A DNA stretch of 64,000 nucleotides from assembly GCA_963822585.1 (NCBI GenBank), contig CAWGIE010000019.1:416001-480000 (forward strand). The letters are read 5' to 3'. Below the pieces are notes generated by a model, which did not search any database, had not been told where the DNA came from, and was given only the letters and a program-made list of their open reading frames with translations. The stretch comes from an uncultured bacterium. Its GTDB lineage: Bacteria > Auribacterota > Erginobacteria > Erginobacterales > Erginobacteraceae. Shown here one piece after another: positions 1 to 10,185 of the stretch; position 1 is the stretch's first letter; each line of letters begins with the position of its first letter. The translations under genes and the position numbers were made by a program.

Positions 1-2
1 TG

Positions 3-1028
3 GACTTCTCCCTCCTTCCCCAGGGGATCAACCTGGGGTTAACCTCTTCGGAGGTCGCCGCCCAGGTCCGGGGAGCGTATTATGGAACCGAAGCGCTCCG
101 ACAGCAGCGAGGACGCAATGAGGTCAAGGTCAAGGTCCGCCTCCCCAAAAACGAGAGGGAGTCCGAATACGATCTGGAACGGCTCCTGATCCGGACCCCG
201 GATGGAATCGATGTCCCCCTGAACGAAGTGGCCCGGATCACCAGGGGACGCGCTTATACCACCATTGAACGGAAGGAAGGCCGCCGCACCGTTCTGGTCT
301 CCGCCAATGTCTCCCCCGCTTCCGAGGCAGAGAGGATCGCCAATGAGGTAACCGTGAAGATCCTTCCCGATCTGATGAAAAAGTACCCGGGACTTTCCTG
401 GAGTTACGAGGGGCGCCAGGCCGACTTCCGGGAAGGCAACGCTTCCCTGGGAATGGGTTTTGTCTTCGCGCTCCTGATGATCTACGTTCTGCTCGCCATC
501 CCTTTCCGGAACTATACCCAGCCGCTGATCGTTATGGTCTCGATCCCCTTCGGTGTGATCGGGGCGGTGATCGGACATATTATCATGGGATACAACCTGA
601 GCATCATGAGCCTGATGGGTATTGTCGCCCTCTCTGGTGTCGTGGTTAATGACGCCCTGATCCTGATCGACTTCATCAACACGAAAACCGCCGCCGGGAT
701 GGACGCTGTTGAAGCGATCCATGCCGCCGGGGTCCGCCGTTTCCGTCCGATTCTCCTCACCACCCTGACCACCTTCGGTGGATTGGCGCCGATGATCTTC
801 GAGACCTCACGCCAGGCCCGGTTCATGATCCCGATGGCGATCTCGCTCGGCTACGGGATTCTCTTCTCCACCGCGATCACCCTGCTCCTGGTCCCGTCCC
901 TCTGCCTGATCCGGGAAGATATCGGACGCCTGTTGTCGTGGCGTTTTTACTCTTCCCGGCGGGAAGCTCCGGAAGAGAGGAAGAGCATGGCCCCCGTTTC
1001 TTCCCCGGGAGAGACGGCCGAGCGCTGA
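3..1028 (+). CDS. RND (AcrB/AcrD/AcrF family) efflux permease, C-terminal part; 5' end lies outside the window
   Basis: Frame is open from position 3 (DFSLLPQGINLG...). Contains GIVALSGVVVNDALILIDF and RRFRPILLTTLTTFGGLAP motifs plus MAISLGYGILF. Confidence 0.92.
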   Translation, partial: DFSLLPQGINLGLTSSEVAAQVRGAYYGTEALRQQRGRNEVKVKVRLPKNERESEYDLERLLIRTPDGIDVPLNEVARITRGRAYTTIERKEGRRTVLVSANVSPASEAERIANEVTVKILPDLMKKYPGLSWSYEGRQADFREGNASLGMGFVFALLMIYVLLAIPFRNYTQPLIVMVSIPFGVIGAVIGHIIMGYNLSIMSLMGIVALSGVVVNDALILIDFINTKTAAGMDAVEAIHAAGVRRFRPILLTTLTTFGGLAPMIFETSRQARFMIPMAISLGYGILFSTAITLLLVPSLCLIREDIGRLLSWRFYSSRREAPEERKSMAPVSSPGETAER

Positions 1029-1086
1029 AGACCGGGGCGGCAATAAAGTCAGAACCGGAAGCGGTCGGGTCGGCGGTGAGGACCGG

Positions 1087-2944
1087 TCACTCGTTCTCTT
1101 CCGAATCGGCGGCTACCTGCCGGAGCACCCCGATAAACTCCCCGGGGGTTTGAGCCTCCCGCAACCTTTCCCTGACCCGGTTGTTTCCGAGCACATGGGC
1201 GGCGACGGCGAGAAGCTGCAGATGCTCGGAGGGGTCGCGCGCGCAGGTAAGCATGAGGAGAAACAAATTACAGGGCAGGTAGTCCGTCGATCCGAATTCC
1301 ACTCCTTCCGGATGCCGGCCGAAAACCAGTACCGGCCGGTCGAGACCCATCAAGCGGCAATGGGGAATTGCCACTCCGTGACCCATCCCGGTCGAGTTGA
1401 GGTGTTCCCTTTCGCCCAGTACCTGCAGGGCCTGGGCGAGATCGATGTGCTGATCGGTGGCGGCCCGGGCGTGAAAGACAAGCTCCTTGATCACATCCTG
1501 CTTGGTTTTTCCTTTCAGGTCGAGTTTCACGAAATCTTCGGAGAGATATTCGAGGAGACGAGCCGCGGACTGGGAGAGACCGGCCCGCGGGGTGGGACGC
1601 ATCATCTCCTCTTCTTCCCCCGCCACCCAGCTCCGCCAGCGTCGGAGCCCCCGGTCCACCAGAAAAACCCCTACCACCTCGAAGAAGACAATGGCCGGAA
1701 GTATGACGGCAACGATCTCGGGGCGGCCCAGAACCGCCCCGGCATATACCGCCTCCACCGCCGCCACCCCGGCCTGCGGGAGCATCAGGCTCGGAAGGCA
1801 GGCGGTGATCTTCCTCTCCTCTTTCATGATCCGGCAGCCAAGCCAGGTTCCGAAGATCTTTCCCGTCATCCGGGTGACCACGTACATCCCCGCCATCCAG
1901 GCCAGTCCGCGACCGAGAAGAGAGAGGTCGATGCTGGACCCGATCAGGGCGAAAAAGCCGAGATTGAGAACCGGGGTAATGTTCTCGATCTTTAAGGAAT
2001 CGAATATAGCGTGGGAGTGAAAGTTGGCGACCAGGAACCCGGCGAAGGCGGCGGTGATAAGGAAAGGCCAGTGGTTATAATAGACGATACCGGCGCCCAG
2101 GGAGACCGCCCCCATGACAATGAGAAAGATCTCGGCCGAGGGAGACGGGTGCTCGGCCAGGACGCGCTGCAGGAAACCCTCGTCCCGGTGGACGCGTTCC
2201 GATTCTACCTCCAGGCTGTTCGCCCGGCGGCGGACCAGCAGACGGAGAACGAAATAGATCGCCCCTCCCGCCAGGGCCGCGAGGGCCACTTCCTTCCCCA
2301 CCTCCATGATAATGCTTATCCCCCCCCCCGGCAGCGGGGTGAAGCTTCCGGAGTGAAATCTGGAGCAGGAGGGAGAATACGATGACCTCGATCAGGTCGT
2401 CGAGGACGACGACACTCCCCAGAACATGGCGAAGACGACCTTCGATCCGGAGCTGATTCATCAGAACGAAAGTCACCGCCGGAGCGGTGGCGATCCCGAT
2501 CGACCCGATCAGGAGGGCGTCCACGATTTTCAGCCCGGCCAGGATATAAAAGGCGGTGGAGATGGAGAGCCAGGTGATACCGGCCTGGATGAGGCAGATG
2601 ACGAGAGCCGAGTGTCCGACCCTCCTGATCCGGCTGATATGGAGTTCCTCGCCGATACCGAAAGCCACCACGCTCAAAAAGACAAAGATGAAAAAATGAA
2701 AAGCGTGCAGGGCGTTGTCATAGAGACCGCCGGTGGCGCCGGGGAGAACACCCGCCAGGTGGAGGGCGTAAGGTCCGACCAGGGCCCCGCCGATGAGCTG
2801 TCCGGTGACTTCCGAAAGCCGCAGGCGGATGAAAAGTTTTCCCCCGAGATGGGCGGCCAGGATGACCAGTCCCAGGGCCATCATCTGGACGGCAACCTGA
2901 GCGCCGGGCAGGGAAGCGGCTGCGCTGGCAACGGTTTCGGGCAC
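1087..2944 (-). pseudogene. Cation:proton antiporter (CPA2-like) fused to a C-terminal PTS EIIA (Ntr/Fru-type) domain; +1 frameshift in a G10 tract at 2320-2329
   Basis: ORF 2075..2944 gives the N-terminal TM part (ATAPAVT, LDDLIEVI). ORF 1087..2307 gives the remainder (PQAGVAA) and EIIA (REHLNSTGMGHGVAIPH). Removing one G joins them into 618 aa. May be a sequencing error. Confidence 0.85.
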
Positions 2945-3085
2945 TGAAGGGGTTCCTCCTTCTCTTCGGTCTCCGCACGAAACTTCGGTGTGAGGGAATT
3001 ATAATAACGGCAGGCGGAAACGGGAAGGAAAAACGTCGGGCGGGGAAAGAAGCATTCAGACCACGGGGAAGAATCCGCGCGAAAA

Positions 3086-3124
3086 GGAAAAGGCCCGCCG
3101 GATGCTCCCCGGCGGGCCTTTTCC
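3086..3124. terminator. Intrinsic terminator hairpin downstream of the EF-hand gene
   Basis: GGAAAAGGCCCGCCGG / CCGGCGGGCCTTTTCC, perfect 16-bp inverted repeat. Confidence 0.75.
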
Positions 3125-3138
3125 GCACACGCGGCAGC

Positions 3139-3435
3139 TCAGTCTTCCGTGTCTCCGCCTCTTCTTTTTCTCTCTTTGCTCTTACTACGTCCTGATGAGT
3201 CCCAGGACGCTTTTATCTCATCCTCGGTAATGAATCCGTTACCATCGGCATCCAGTTCCGTGAACCGTTCGCTGTAATAAGCGGTCCACTCGTCTTTGGA
3301 TACTTTCCCGTCCTTATCGGTATCCATCTTCTCCAGCCGGTTTGATCCCCTTTCCTCTTTGGCTTTGGCCGGTATGATGACAACAAAAAGCGCCGCCAGC
3401 GCCAGAGCCAACACCGTCCACATTTTCATCTTCAC
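3139..3435 (-). CDS. Small secreted EF-hand Ca2+-binding protein
   Basis: GTG start after AAGGAGG; signal peptide (MKMKMWTVLALALAALF...AKA); two EF loops DTDKDGKVSKDE and DADGNGFITEDE. Confidence 0.8.
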   Translation of the reverse strand: MKMKMWTVLALALAALFVVIIPAKAKEERGSNRLEKMDTDKDGKVSKDEWTAYYSERFTELDADGNGFITEDEIKASWDSSGRSKSKERKRRGGDTED

Positions 3436-3756
3436 GCTTCCTCCTTTTTTGACCGGACATCGTTTTAGACGTCTATGATTGAAACGAACTGGGTTTTCAG
3501 TGTCTGGAAATCCACAGCTGATTTTTAACCCTGTCATAGATAATAATCACCGGGTGGTTATAAATAATTATGATTCTCTTCTATTTTATGTGGGTAAAAG
3601 CTCTATATGAGTCATTCAGACTGTGTCGCAATTACTATTCTAGCCGGTTTTACTGTCAATGACATATTTTGTCCAACCCACACAAAATAGAAGAGAACCA
3701 TAATTATAAAAGAGAAGGGTGGAACAATTACCATCGACGACCGATGACAGCGGCTC

Positions 3757-4224
3757 TCAGATATGTTTTTTCGCCGCCCGGACGGCATTCTCGATCCCTT
3801 CGTACCCGGTGCAGCGGCAGAGGTTGCTCTCCAGCCAGGAACGAACCGTCTCCCGGTCCGGATCGGGATGGGCCCGGAGAAGAGCATAGGCGTTGACGAT
3901 GAAACCCGGTGTGCAGAAGCCGCACTGGAACCCCGCTTCTGCCATAAAAGCTTTCTGGATCGCCGTCCCGGAGAGACCTTCGATAGTGGTGATCTCAGCC
4001 CCTTCCGTCTCCACCGCCAGGATCATGCATGACTTGACCGGCTTCCCGTCCAGCAGCACCGTACAGGCTCCGCAGTCCCCGTTTTCACAGGCCGCCTTGG
4101 CCCCCGTCAGACCCAAGTTGTCGCGCAGAACGTGGAGCAGCGTGTCGGCGGGGCGAACCGCGGCTTCCCGCTCCGTCCCATTCACGTTCAGATGGATGAC
4201 AACGGTATCCCGATAAGTGATCAT
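3757..4224 (-). CDS. Molybdenum hydroxylase small [2Fe-2S] subunit (CoxS/XdhC-like)
   Basis: GAKAACENGDCGACTV, QCGFCTPG and NLCRCTGY; ATG overlaps the upstream stop codon. Confidence 0.93.
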   Translation of the reverse strand: MITYRDTVVIHLNVNGTEREAAVRPADTLLHVLRDNLGLTGAKAACENGDCGACTVLLDGKPVKSCMILAVETEGAEITTIEGLSGTAIQKAFMAEAGFQCGFCTPGFIVNAYALLRAHPDPDRETVRSWLESNLCRCTGYEGIENAVRAAKKHI

Positions 4225-5054
4225 CCGGCGCCTCCCAGCGCATCCAGAGCCTCGCCGACGCATCTTTCCAGGAGCATCCGGCGATAGCGGGCCGAACTAC
4301 GCATGTCGTTTATTATTTCGTGAGGAACCGCCTCGATGACAAGCCGGGGCCGATCCGCCGGCAAAATGGATGGATCGTTCAGGACCGTTTCCGCTTCCGC
4401 TGAACGGAGCGGAAAACCGAACGCCCCCGTTACCGCCATCCGGAGACCGCCGTTTGCCTTGAGAAAGCAGGCCGTCAGCAGGGGATAATCCACCCTGGTC
4501 TTTCTCACCCGGCGGCGGTAAAACCAGGGCTGGGCGGACGCCGCGGCCGGGACACGCAGGTCTACCAGCAGTTCTCCCTTTTCGAGCAGGAGGCGCCGGG
4601 AGAAGACATCGGCCAGCGGCACCAGCCGCTCTCCCCCGGCCCCAGCCAGCCGGGCCCGGGCCTCCGCCAGGAGAAGAGGAAGGACCGTTTCCCGATACGG
4701 CAGCCGGCCGGCGATGTTGCCGCCCAGGGTAAGGCGGTTGCGCACGGTGTGGTCGACGATCGAGGCGGCCCGGGCCAGGAACGGGAAGACGCCGCTCTCG
4801 ATGACCTCGTTCAGCGTCAGCGCCGCGCCCAGGATGATCTCATCCCCCTCCCGGGAAAGGCGGCGGCATTCAGAGACGCGCTTGATGTCAATCAGGGCGC
4901 CCGGTTCGATCTTGCCGCGGCGGCAGAAAGTCGTGATCTCGGTCCCTCCGGCCAGATAAAGGGGTCGAAGATCCTCGTTCTCCGCCCGGGCGCCGGCCTC
5001 GACCGCCTCGGCCAGATTCTCCGGACGATAATAAATAAAATTGAAGGGTATCAT
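4221..5054 (-). CDS. Molybdenum hydroxylase FAD-binding medium subunit (CoxM/XdhB-like)
   Basis: LAGGTE and VRNRLTLGGNI motifs; ATGA-coupled to the large subunit. Confidence 0.9.
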   Translation of the reverse strand: MIPFNFIYYRPENLAEAVEAGARAENEDLRPLYLAGGTEITTFCRRGKIEPGALIDIKRVSECRRLSREGDEIILGAALTLNEVIESGVFPFLARAASIVDHTVRNRLTLGGNIAGRLPYRETVLPLLLAEARARLAGAGGERLVPLADVFSRRLLLEKGELLVDLRVPAAASAQPWFYRRRVRKTRVDYPLLTACFLKANGGLRMAVTGAFGFPLRSAEAETVLNDPSILPADRPRLVIEAVPHEIINDMRSSARYRRMLLERCVGEALDALGGAG

Positions 5055-7384
5055 TCTTCCCCTTCCTTCTGGAGTTTGGTCCATACCTTTTCGGGCGTGA
5101 TCGGGAGAGAGTCGACCGGCCGGCCGATCGCCCGGGAAACCGCGTTGGCCAGCGCCCCGGGGATGCCGAGGACCCCTTGTTCCCCCAATCCCCGGGCCCC
5201 GCAGGGGCCGTCCATCTGCGGTGTCTCGACAAAGGAAACTTCATACTCGGGCTGTTCACCGAAGCGGGGGGTCTTGAAATCACGGAGCTGAAAATTAAGA
5301 GGGCGGCCTTTCCCGTCGAAGACAAACCCCTCCGTGGTGGAGAAGCCGAGGGCCATCCCCATGGCGCCGACCACGTTGCCCCGGGCCAGCAGGGGGTTGA
5401 CGACTTTTCCCACGTCCATGGCGCAGACAGCCTTCAGCACCTCGTAGGAGCTGTCGGTCAGGTCCACTTCGACCTCAACCGCCTCGACACCCAGGGTCCA
5501 TTCCAGCGCCGGGCTTCCCTCACCGGTCTCCGGGTCGAGGCCGGTCAATCCCCGCGAGATGTACCGGCCCCGGCCGATAACCTGGCCCCCGATGCTCCGG
5601 CCGTCGGGGTATTGATAGCCGAGAACAACCTCCCCCAACGGGAATCCGCGTTCCGGATCGTCCCGGAGGAAAACCCGTCCCCCGGCGACTTCCAGGTCTT
5701 CCTCCGGGCAACGGAGGGGTGCCGCGGCGATCTTCTTTATCTGCCGGATGGCGTCGCGGGCCGCCTGCTGGGCCGACCGGCCGGCCATGAAGAGCGACCG
5801 GCTGGCCGCTGTCGCCCAGTCATGCGGAGAGAGGCGCGTATTAATCTCGAAGTTGACGTGAACTTTATCCGGGGTATCCCGGAAGCAATCCGCCACGATC
5901 TGGGCTATGCCCGCGTAGGTCCCCTGTCCGATCTCGAGGATGCCGGAGCTGAGATTGATGCTGCCGTCGCCGTTGAAAGTGAGAATCACCCCGGCCCCGG
6001 CGTTGGTGGGCATCGCCGGCGCCTTCCAGAAACAGCTTATTCCTTTCGCCCGTATCCGGTTCCGGCCGAGCTCGATCCGGGAACCTTCCTCCCAGCGGAT
6101 CATCTTCGCCGCCCGCCGGATGCACTCCGGCAGGTCGCCGGTGCTGGGATCCATCACCGACCGGGTCGGTGAGGTATCTCCGGGGCGAATGGCGTTCAGG
6201 ATCCGCAATTCCACCGGATCCATCCCCAGCCTATCGGCCAGGGCGTCCATCGCTCGTTCGATGGGGATGATGACTTCGTGGCCGAAGCCGCGGTAAGCGG
6301 ATGCGAAGGGACGATTGGTATACACGCAGAGGGAGTCGGCCTTCACGTTGGGTACCCGATACGGACCGGTGCAGGCGATGGCGCCGGCCCGGCTGACGTT
6401 AACCGCGTAATCGGCGTAGGCACCGGTGTCAAAAAGATAGAGGAGGTCCATGGCGACCAGCCGGCCGTCTTTCCGGGCGCCCAGCTTCACCTTCGCCTGC
6501 AGCCCGATGTGCCCCGGGGAGGAGAGGAGATCCTGTTCCCGGCTGTTCGCCACCCGGACCGGTCTCCCTCCCACTGACTTCGAAAGGAGGTAGGCGAGCG
6601 CCTCCAGCTGGATCCCCGCCTTTCCCCCGTATCCTCCTCCCACGGGAGGGGTGACAATCACGATCTTGCCCGGGGGGATAGCGAAGAAAGCGCTCAGTAG
6701 CGCGCGCACCACGAAAGGCGCCTGGGTCGATGAACGGATGACCACGGTTCCGTCGGCCAGGATTTCCGCGATCGATACCCTCGGTTCCATCGCCGCGTGG
6801 TCGCCCGGGGGGAAACTGAACTCCTGTTCGACGACGATAGCCGCCTCCGCGAAACCGGCCTCGATGTCCCCTTTCCGGATCTTCGTCCGGTTGGCGACGT
6901 TTGAACCGGGCTCGGGCTGCATGGCGGAAATGTGGGAGTAGGATTTCATATCCTCATGGATCAGGGGAGCACCGGGGGCGATGGCTTCTTCCGGGTGATG
7001 AATAACCGGCAACGGCCGGTACTCGACCCGGATCAGGCGGGCGGCCGCTTCCGCGCGGCAGGGGGTGTCGGCGACCACCGCCGCCACCGGCTCGCCGAAG
7101 TGACGGACCTTTCCCCGGGCTAGGGGTGATTTATCGCCGAGATAGAGGCCGAGCAGGATGTTGAAATCAGCTCCGGTCACCACCCTGATGACACCGGGAG
7201 CCTTCTCCGCCGAAGAGGTATCGATGGAGACGATAGCGGCATGGGCGTGGGGACTGGACACGAAGGCCGCGTGAAGGGTCCCCGGTGGATGGAGATCGTC
7301 CGTATACCGGGTCCGCCCGTGGACTTTATCCGGACCGTCCGGGCGGGGGTATGACTGCCCGACTGCGGGTTTATCTTCCCTCAT
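5051..7384 (-). CDS. Xanthine dehydrogenase family molybdopterin-binding large subunit (start 7384 or 7411)
   Basis: SSPHAHA, HAAMEP, VGGGYGGK, SAYRGFG, EIGQG and GARGLGEQG motifs. Confidence 0.93.
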   Translation of the reverse strand: MREDKPAVGQSYPRPDGPDKVHGRTRYTDDLHPPGTLHAAFVSSPHAHAAIVSIDTSSAEKAPGVIRVVTGADFNILLGLYLGDKSPLARGKVRHFGEPVAAVVADTPCRAEAAARLIRVEYRPLPVIHHPEEAIAPGAPLIHEDMKSYSHISAMQPEPGSNVANRTKIRKGDIEAGFAEAAIVVEQEFSFPPGDHAAMEPRVSIAEILADGTVVIRSSTQAPFVVRALLSAFFAIPPGKIVIVTPPVGGGYGGKAGIQLEALAYLLSKSVGGRPVRVANSREQDLLSSPGHIGLQAKVKLGARKDGRLVAMDLLYLFDTGAYADYAVNVSRAGAIACTGPYRVPNVKADSLCVYTNRPFASAYRGFGHEVIIPIERAMDALADRLGMDPVELRILNAIRPGDTSPTRSVMDPSTGDLPECIRRAAKMIRWEEGSRIELGRNRIRAKGISCFWKAPAMPTNAGAGVILTFNGDGSINLSSGILEIGQGTYAGIAQIVADCFRDTPDKVHVNFEINTRLSPHDWATAASRSLFMAGRSAQQAARDAIRQIKKIAAAPLRCPEEDLEVAGGRVFLRDDPERGFPLGEVVLGYQYPDGRSIGGQVIGRGRYISRGLTGLDPETGEGSPALEWTLGVEAVEVEVDLTDSSYEVLKAVCAMDVGKVVNPLLARGNVVGAMGMALGFSTTEGFVFDGKGRPLNFQLRDFKTPRFGEQPEYEVSFVETPQMDGPCGARGLGEQGVLGIPGALANAVSRAIGRPVDSLPITPEKVWTKLQKEGEE

Positions 7385-7400
7385 TATCCTGCCCCCGGCA

Positions 7401-8174
7401 TCATCCTTCATGGTACCACCTGTCCAGCCAATCGGCTTTTTCATCGAAGGGGTTGGTCCGCATGGCGAAGAGGAAAAAATAGGGAAAATTGGCGCTGATA
7501 TATTCCATGTAGGAGAGCCACTGGAAAATCAGAAGATTGTAGGCCCTTTTGATATCTTCCCGGGTGTGCTCGATGTCCTCCCGGCAGAGATTGCCCAGGT
7601 CCCGGGCGGCCAACTCTTCGGTGATGTGAAATATCGCCATCAGGCACTCGGTAAAAGACTCGTGTTCGAGCAGGTTGGGGTTCTGAAGCAGGCCGACCAG
7701 GAACCCTCTCTTCCCGACCAGGAACTTCTCCAGCTTGGTGAGATCGATGGCATCAACGTCGATATCCGGCTGGTAGCCTTTTATTTTCCTGAAGGCAGCC
7801 TTGAAATCGAAGTCTCCGCACTCGCAGTCAGCGATGATCGAACCGCGGATCGTGTCCAGGTTCCGGTCGAATTGGGCCAGGTAGGAGATCAGGTGCTTGC
7901 CGAACTCGCTGAAGAAAACTTCGATCACCATGTTCATTTTCTTGAGCGCGCTCTGTTTCTCCCACTGGTTCAGAAGTTGATCGATGACAACCGTCACCAG
8001 CAAGACCTCAAAAAAGACAAAGGCCACATCGCCGACCAGATAAATAAAAATGTGATGCGCGTCCCGGAAAATCAGGTAATGGATGAAATAGACGCCGATA
8101 CCCAGAACGATCAGAACGATCGCCAGTATGATCCGCCGCTGAAATAATCTGCTAACCGCGCTCACTGTTCCCAA
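7401..8174 (-). CDS. Conserved-looking membrane protein (2 N-terminal TM helices plus cytoplasmic domain), function unknown
   Basis: Hydrophobic N-terminus; LLQNPNLLEHESFT segment; RBS GAAGGAG; abuts the Mo-hydroxylase gene. Confidence 0.75.
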   Translation of the reverse strand: MGTVSAVSRLFQRRIILAIVLIVLGIGVYFIHYLIFRDAHHIFIYLVGDVAFVFFEVLLVTVVIDQLLNQWEKQSALKKMNMVIEVFFSEFGKHLISYLAQFDRNLDTIRGSIIADCECGDFDFKAAFRKIKGYQPDIDVDAIDLTKLEKFLVGKRGFLVGLLQNPNLLEHESFTECLMAIFHITEELAARDLGNLCREDIEHTREDIKRAYNLLIFQWLSYMEYISANFPYFFLFAMRTNPFDEKADWLDRWYHEG

Positions 8175-8277
8175 CCTCGCTCCTTCTCGTCCCTGATACT
8201 CCTTTAACCCCTGTTGATCCGGGCATTCCCGAATTTGACCCTGATTCGAATTTCGTCATTAGAGTTTCGTCATTTAT

Positions 8278-8586
8278 TTACTCTTTCTTCATCTTCTCGA
8301 TCTCTTCCTCGACCTCGCCGGCGCCCTCCGCGTAAAACTTCTCCTCGTCGGGGGCCAGCTCTTTCAGCAGGCGGAGAAATTCCCCGGCGTGGACCCGCTC
8401 TTCGTCGGCGATGTCCTTGAGGACGTCAATCGCGAGCTCGTTATCGGTTGATTCGGCCAGCTGCATGTAGAGCTGAACGGCTTCATACTCGGCCGCGACC
8501 ATGAAACGAATGGCGCGGATCAGTTCCTGCTCGGTGAGCTTCCGCTCATTGGCGAGCCCGGAAAACGGCGATCCGAATTCAGGCAT
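8278..8586 (-). CDS. Small ferritin-like (rubrerythrin/EncFtn-type) di-iron protein
   Basis: AEYEAVQLY and DIADEERVHAGE ferroxidase-type motifs; RBS AAGGAGGT. Confidence 0.85.
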   Translation of the reverse strand: MPEFGSPFSGLANERKLTEQELIRAIRFMVAAEYEAVQLYMQLAESTDNELAIDVLKDIADEERVHAGEFLRLLKELAPDEEKFYAEGAGEVEEEIEKMKKE

Positions 8587-8634
8587 GGTATACCTCCTTT
8601 TTAAAATTTTTCCTTGAAAAATTTTATCGGGTAC

Positions 8635-8685
8635 ACTTTGGGGATGACACTGATCGGTTTAACCGATCAGTGTCATCCTCAAAGT
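8635..8685. repeat. Long near-perfect palindrome (25-bp arms)
   Basis: ACTTTGGGGATGACACTGATCGGTT-T-AACCGATCAGTGTCATCCTCAAAGT, 1 mismatch. Confidence 0.85.
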
Positions 8686-8891
8686 ATTAAAAAACACCCC
8701 TATGAAAGCAGTTGTTCTCCTTTATGTATGTTAATAAGGACTTGCCATTATGTATTGAGCAGTCGGACGATACATCAGTGACAAAGCCGCTAAATTATAA
8801 TTATATTTTTCCAAGCCCTATCTATACAAGGATATTTAATCATCTTTTTTCACCCGGGGGATCCAAACCGGACCCCCCGGATGATAAAAGA

Positions 8892-9443
8892 TTACCTCAG
8901 GAACTTGGAGACGAAGGGCGAGGTTTCTCCTCTCCGCAGAAAGTGACCGGACGGTCCCTCTCCCAGGAACTCCGAGAACCACGACTCGTGCTCGATTTCC
9001 TCATTAAGGATCGCGAGGACCAGGTCATAGGTCCGGTGATCCTTGCCGGCGGTCATATCGCAGAGCGCAGTATAGCCCATGACCGCGCAGCGTTCCGCTC
9101 CCACCAGAACCTTCAGGATCCCCATGACGTCATTCGAGTCCTCCGGCAGATTCGCCGGCGGACAAGCGGACATGTCATGGAACTCCTTCATGTCGTCCGG
9201 GAGTCTGCCGCCCAACTCGTAAATCCGGGGCACCAGGGCTTCAAAGTGGTTGCGGTCCTCAATCCGCGCGGTCTCCGCGATCTCTTTGACGCCCTCGCCC
9301 TGCAATCCGATCAGGTTCGCCCGCAGGATCGTGTAATAATAAAAGGTCGTGAGTTCCGCGGACGCGTTCTTAACCAGAAGCTTGAGCAGCTTCTCGACGT
9401 CTATTCCCGCTTTTTCCACCATCTGACGCGCTACTTTAGCCAT
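8892..9443 (-). CDS. dpsL: Dps-like (DPSL/thioferritin-type) ferritin-superfamily protein
   Basis: AELTTFYYY, EDRNHFE, SACPPA, AERCA and EEIEHESWF; paired cysteines; start at MAKVARQ after AAAGGAGG. Confidence 0.88.
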   Translation of the reverse strand: MAKVARQMVEKAGIDVEKLLKLLVKNASAELTTFYYYTILRANLIGLQGEGVKEIAETARIEDRNHFEALVPRIYELGGRLPDDMKEFHDMSACPPANLPEDSNDVMGILKVLVGAERCAVMGYTALCDMTAGKDHRTYDLVLAILNEEIEHESWFSEFLGEGPSGHFLRRGETSPFVSKFLR

Positions 9444-9533
9444 AATAGGCCTCCTTTTTTTAGCCCGGACGCCTTTCCGTATCCGTTTATTCAGAGGGAA
9501 TCCGGGATGGTTCAATAGTTAATATGTCTTACT

Positions 9534-9552
9534 ATATCATAATTATTCCTAT
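9534..9552. promoter_or_regulatory. Possible PerR/Fur operator upstream of dpsL (a related site lies at 10102-10120 upstream of the regulator)
   Basis: ATAGGAATAATTATGATAT (minus strand) resembles AATAGGAACTTATACTACC; AT-rich imperfect dyads. Confidence 0.3.
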
Positions 9553-9593
9553 CAACAATAGAAAATTTTTTACCCCTTAAATACCGCTTTTCT

Positions 9594-10049
9594 TCAGCCC
9601 GCCTGTTTCTTGAGGCAATCGCGACAGATCCCCCTCAGCTCCAGATGACTGCTGAGCACCTTTCCCCACTTCTTCGCCTGGGGCGGTGCCGGCATCGAGT
9701 CCACGCCCGGGGAGGAAAAATCATCGACCCTCCTGCACACGGTACAGACCAGGTGATGATGCGGCGCGCGGTTGGGATCAAAGCGGCTGCGGTCGTCCAA
9801 CACCTCTACCTTCGCCACCACCCCCATCCGTACGAACATCTCCAGGGTGCGATAAACGGTATCCAGCGAGACGGTGGGAATACGGGGACGAACCCTGCGG
9901 TATATCTCTTCCGCCGAAGGGTGGTCTGCGGCCCTCGTCATCTCCCGGAAAATTTCCAGGCGCTGATGGGTAAGCTTGAGCCCTTCCTTTTTGAAAAGGG
10001 CCTGGACACCCTCCGCGTTATTGACATCGAATCTTTTTGAATCATCCAT
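9594..10049 (-). CDS. Fur-family transcriptional repressor, probably PerR
   Basis: LTHQR, HPSAEEIY, SLDTVYRTL, HHHLVCTVC and GICRDC; adjacent to dpsL. Confidence 0.9.
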   Translation of the reverse strand: MDDSKRFDVNNAEGVQALFKKEGLKLTHQRLEIFREMTRAADHPSAEEIYRRVRPRIPTVSLDTVYRTLEMFVRMGVVAKVEVLDDRSRFDPNRAPHHHLVCTVCRRVDDFSSPGVDSMPAPPQAKKWGKVLSSHLELRGICRDCLKKQAG

Positions 10050-10185
10050 TATTCATACTACCCTGGTTTTTCTCAAATCGTGGTATTACGATTAGTTATC
10101 AAATAGGAACTTATACTACCATATCCTCTCTGTCAACCTTTCCTCATTAATTTATCCGAAGGCTCTTAGTAAGGATTAAAGCTGG

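Noticed and set aside
5051..7384. Aerobic CO dehydrogenase CoxL
   Set aside because: The active-site loop is AYRGFG, not AYxCSFR, and the gene order is L-M-S.
8244..8275. Short heptamer-like repeats (ATTCGAA TTTCGTC ATTAGAG TTTCGTC), also CACTGATT x2 near 24095-24115
   Set aside because: Too few units to distinguish from chance or to assign a function.
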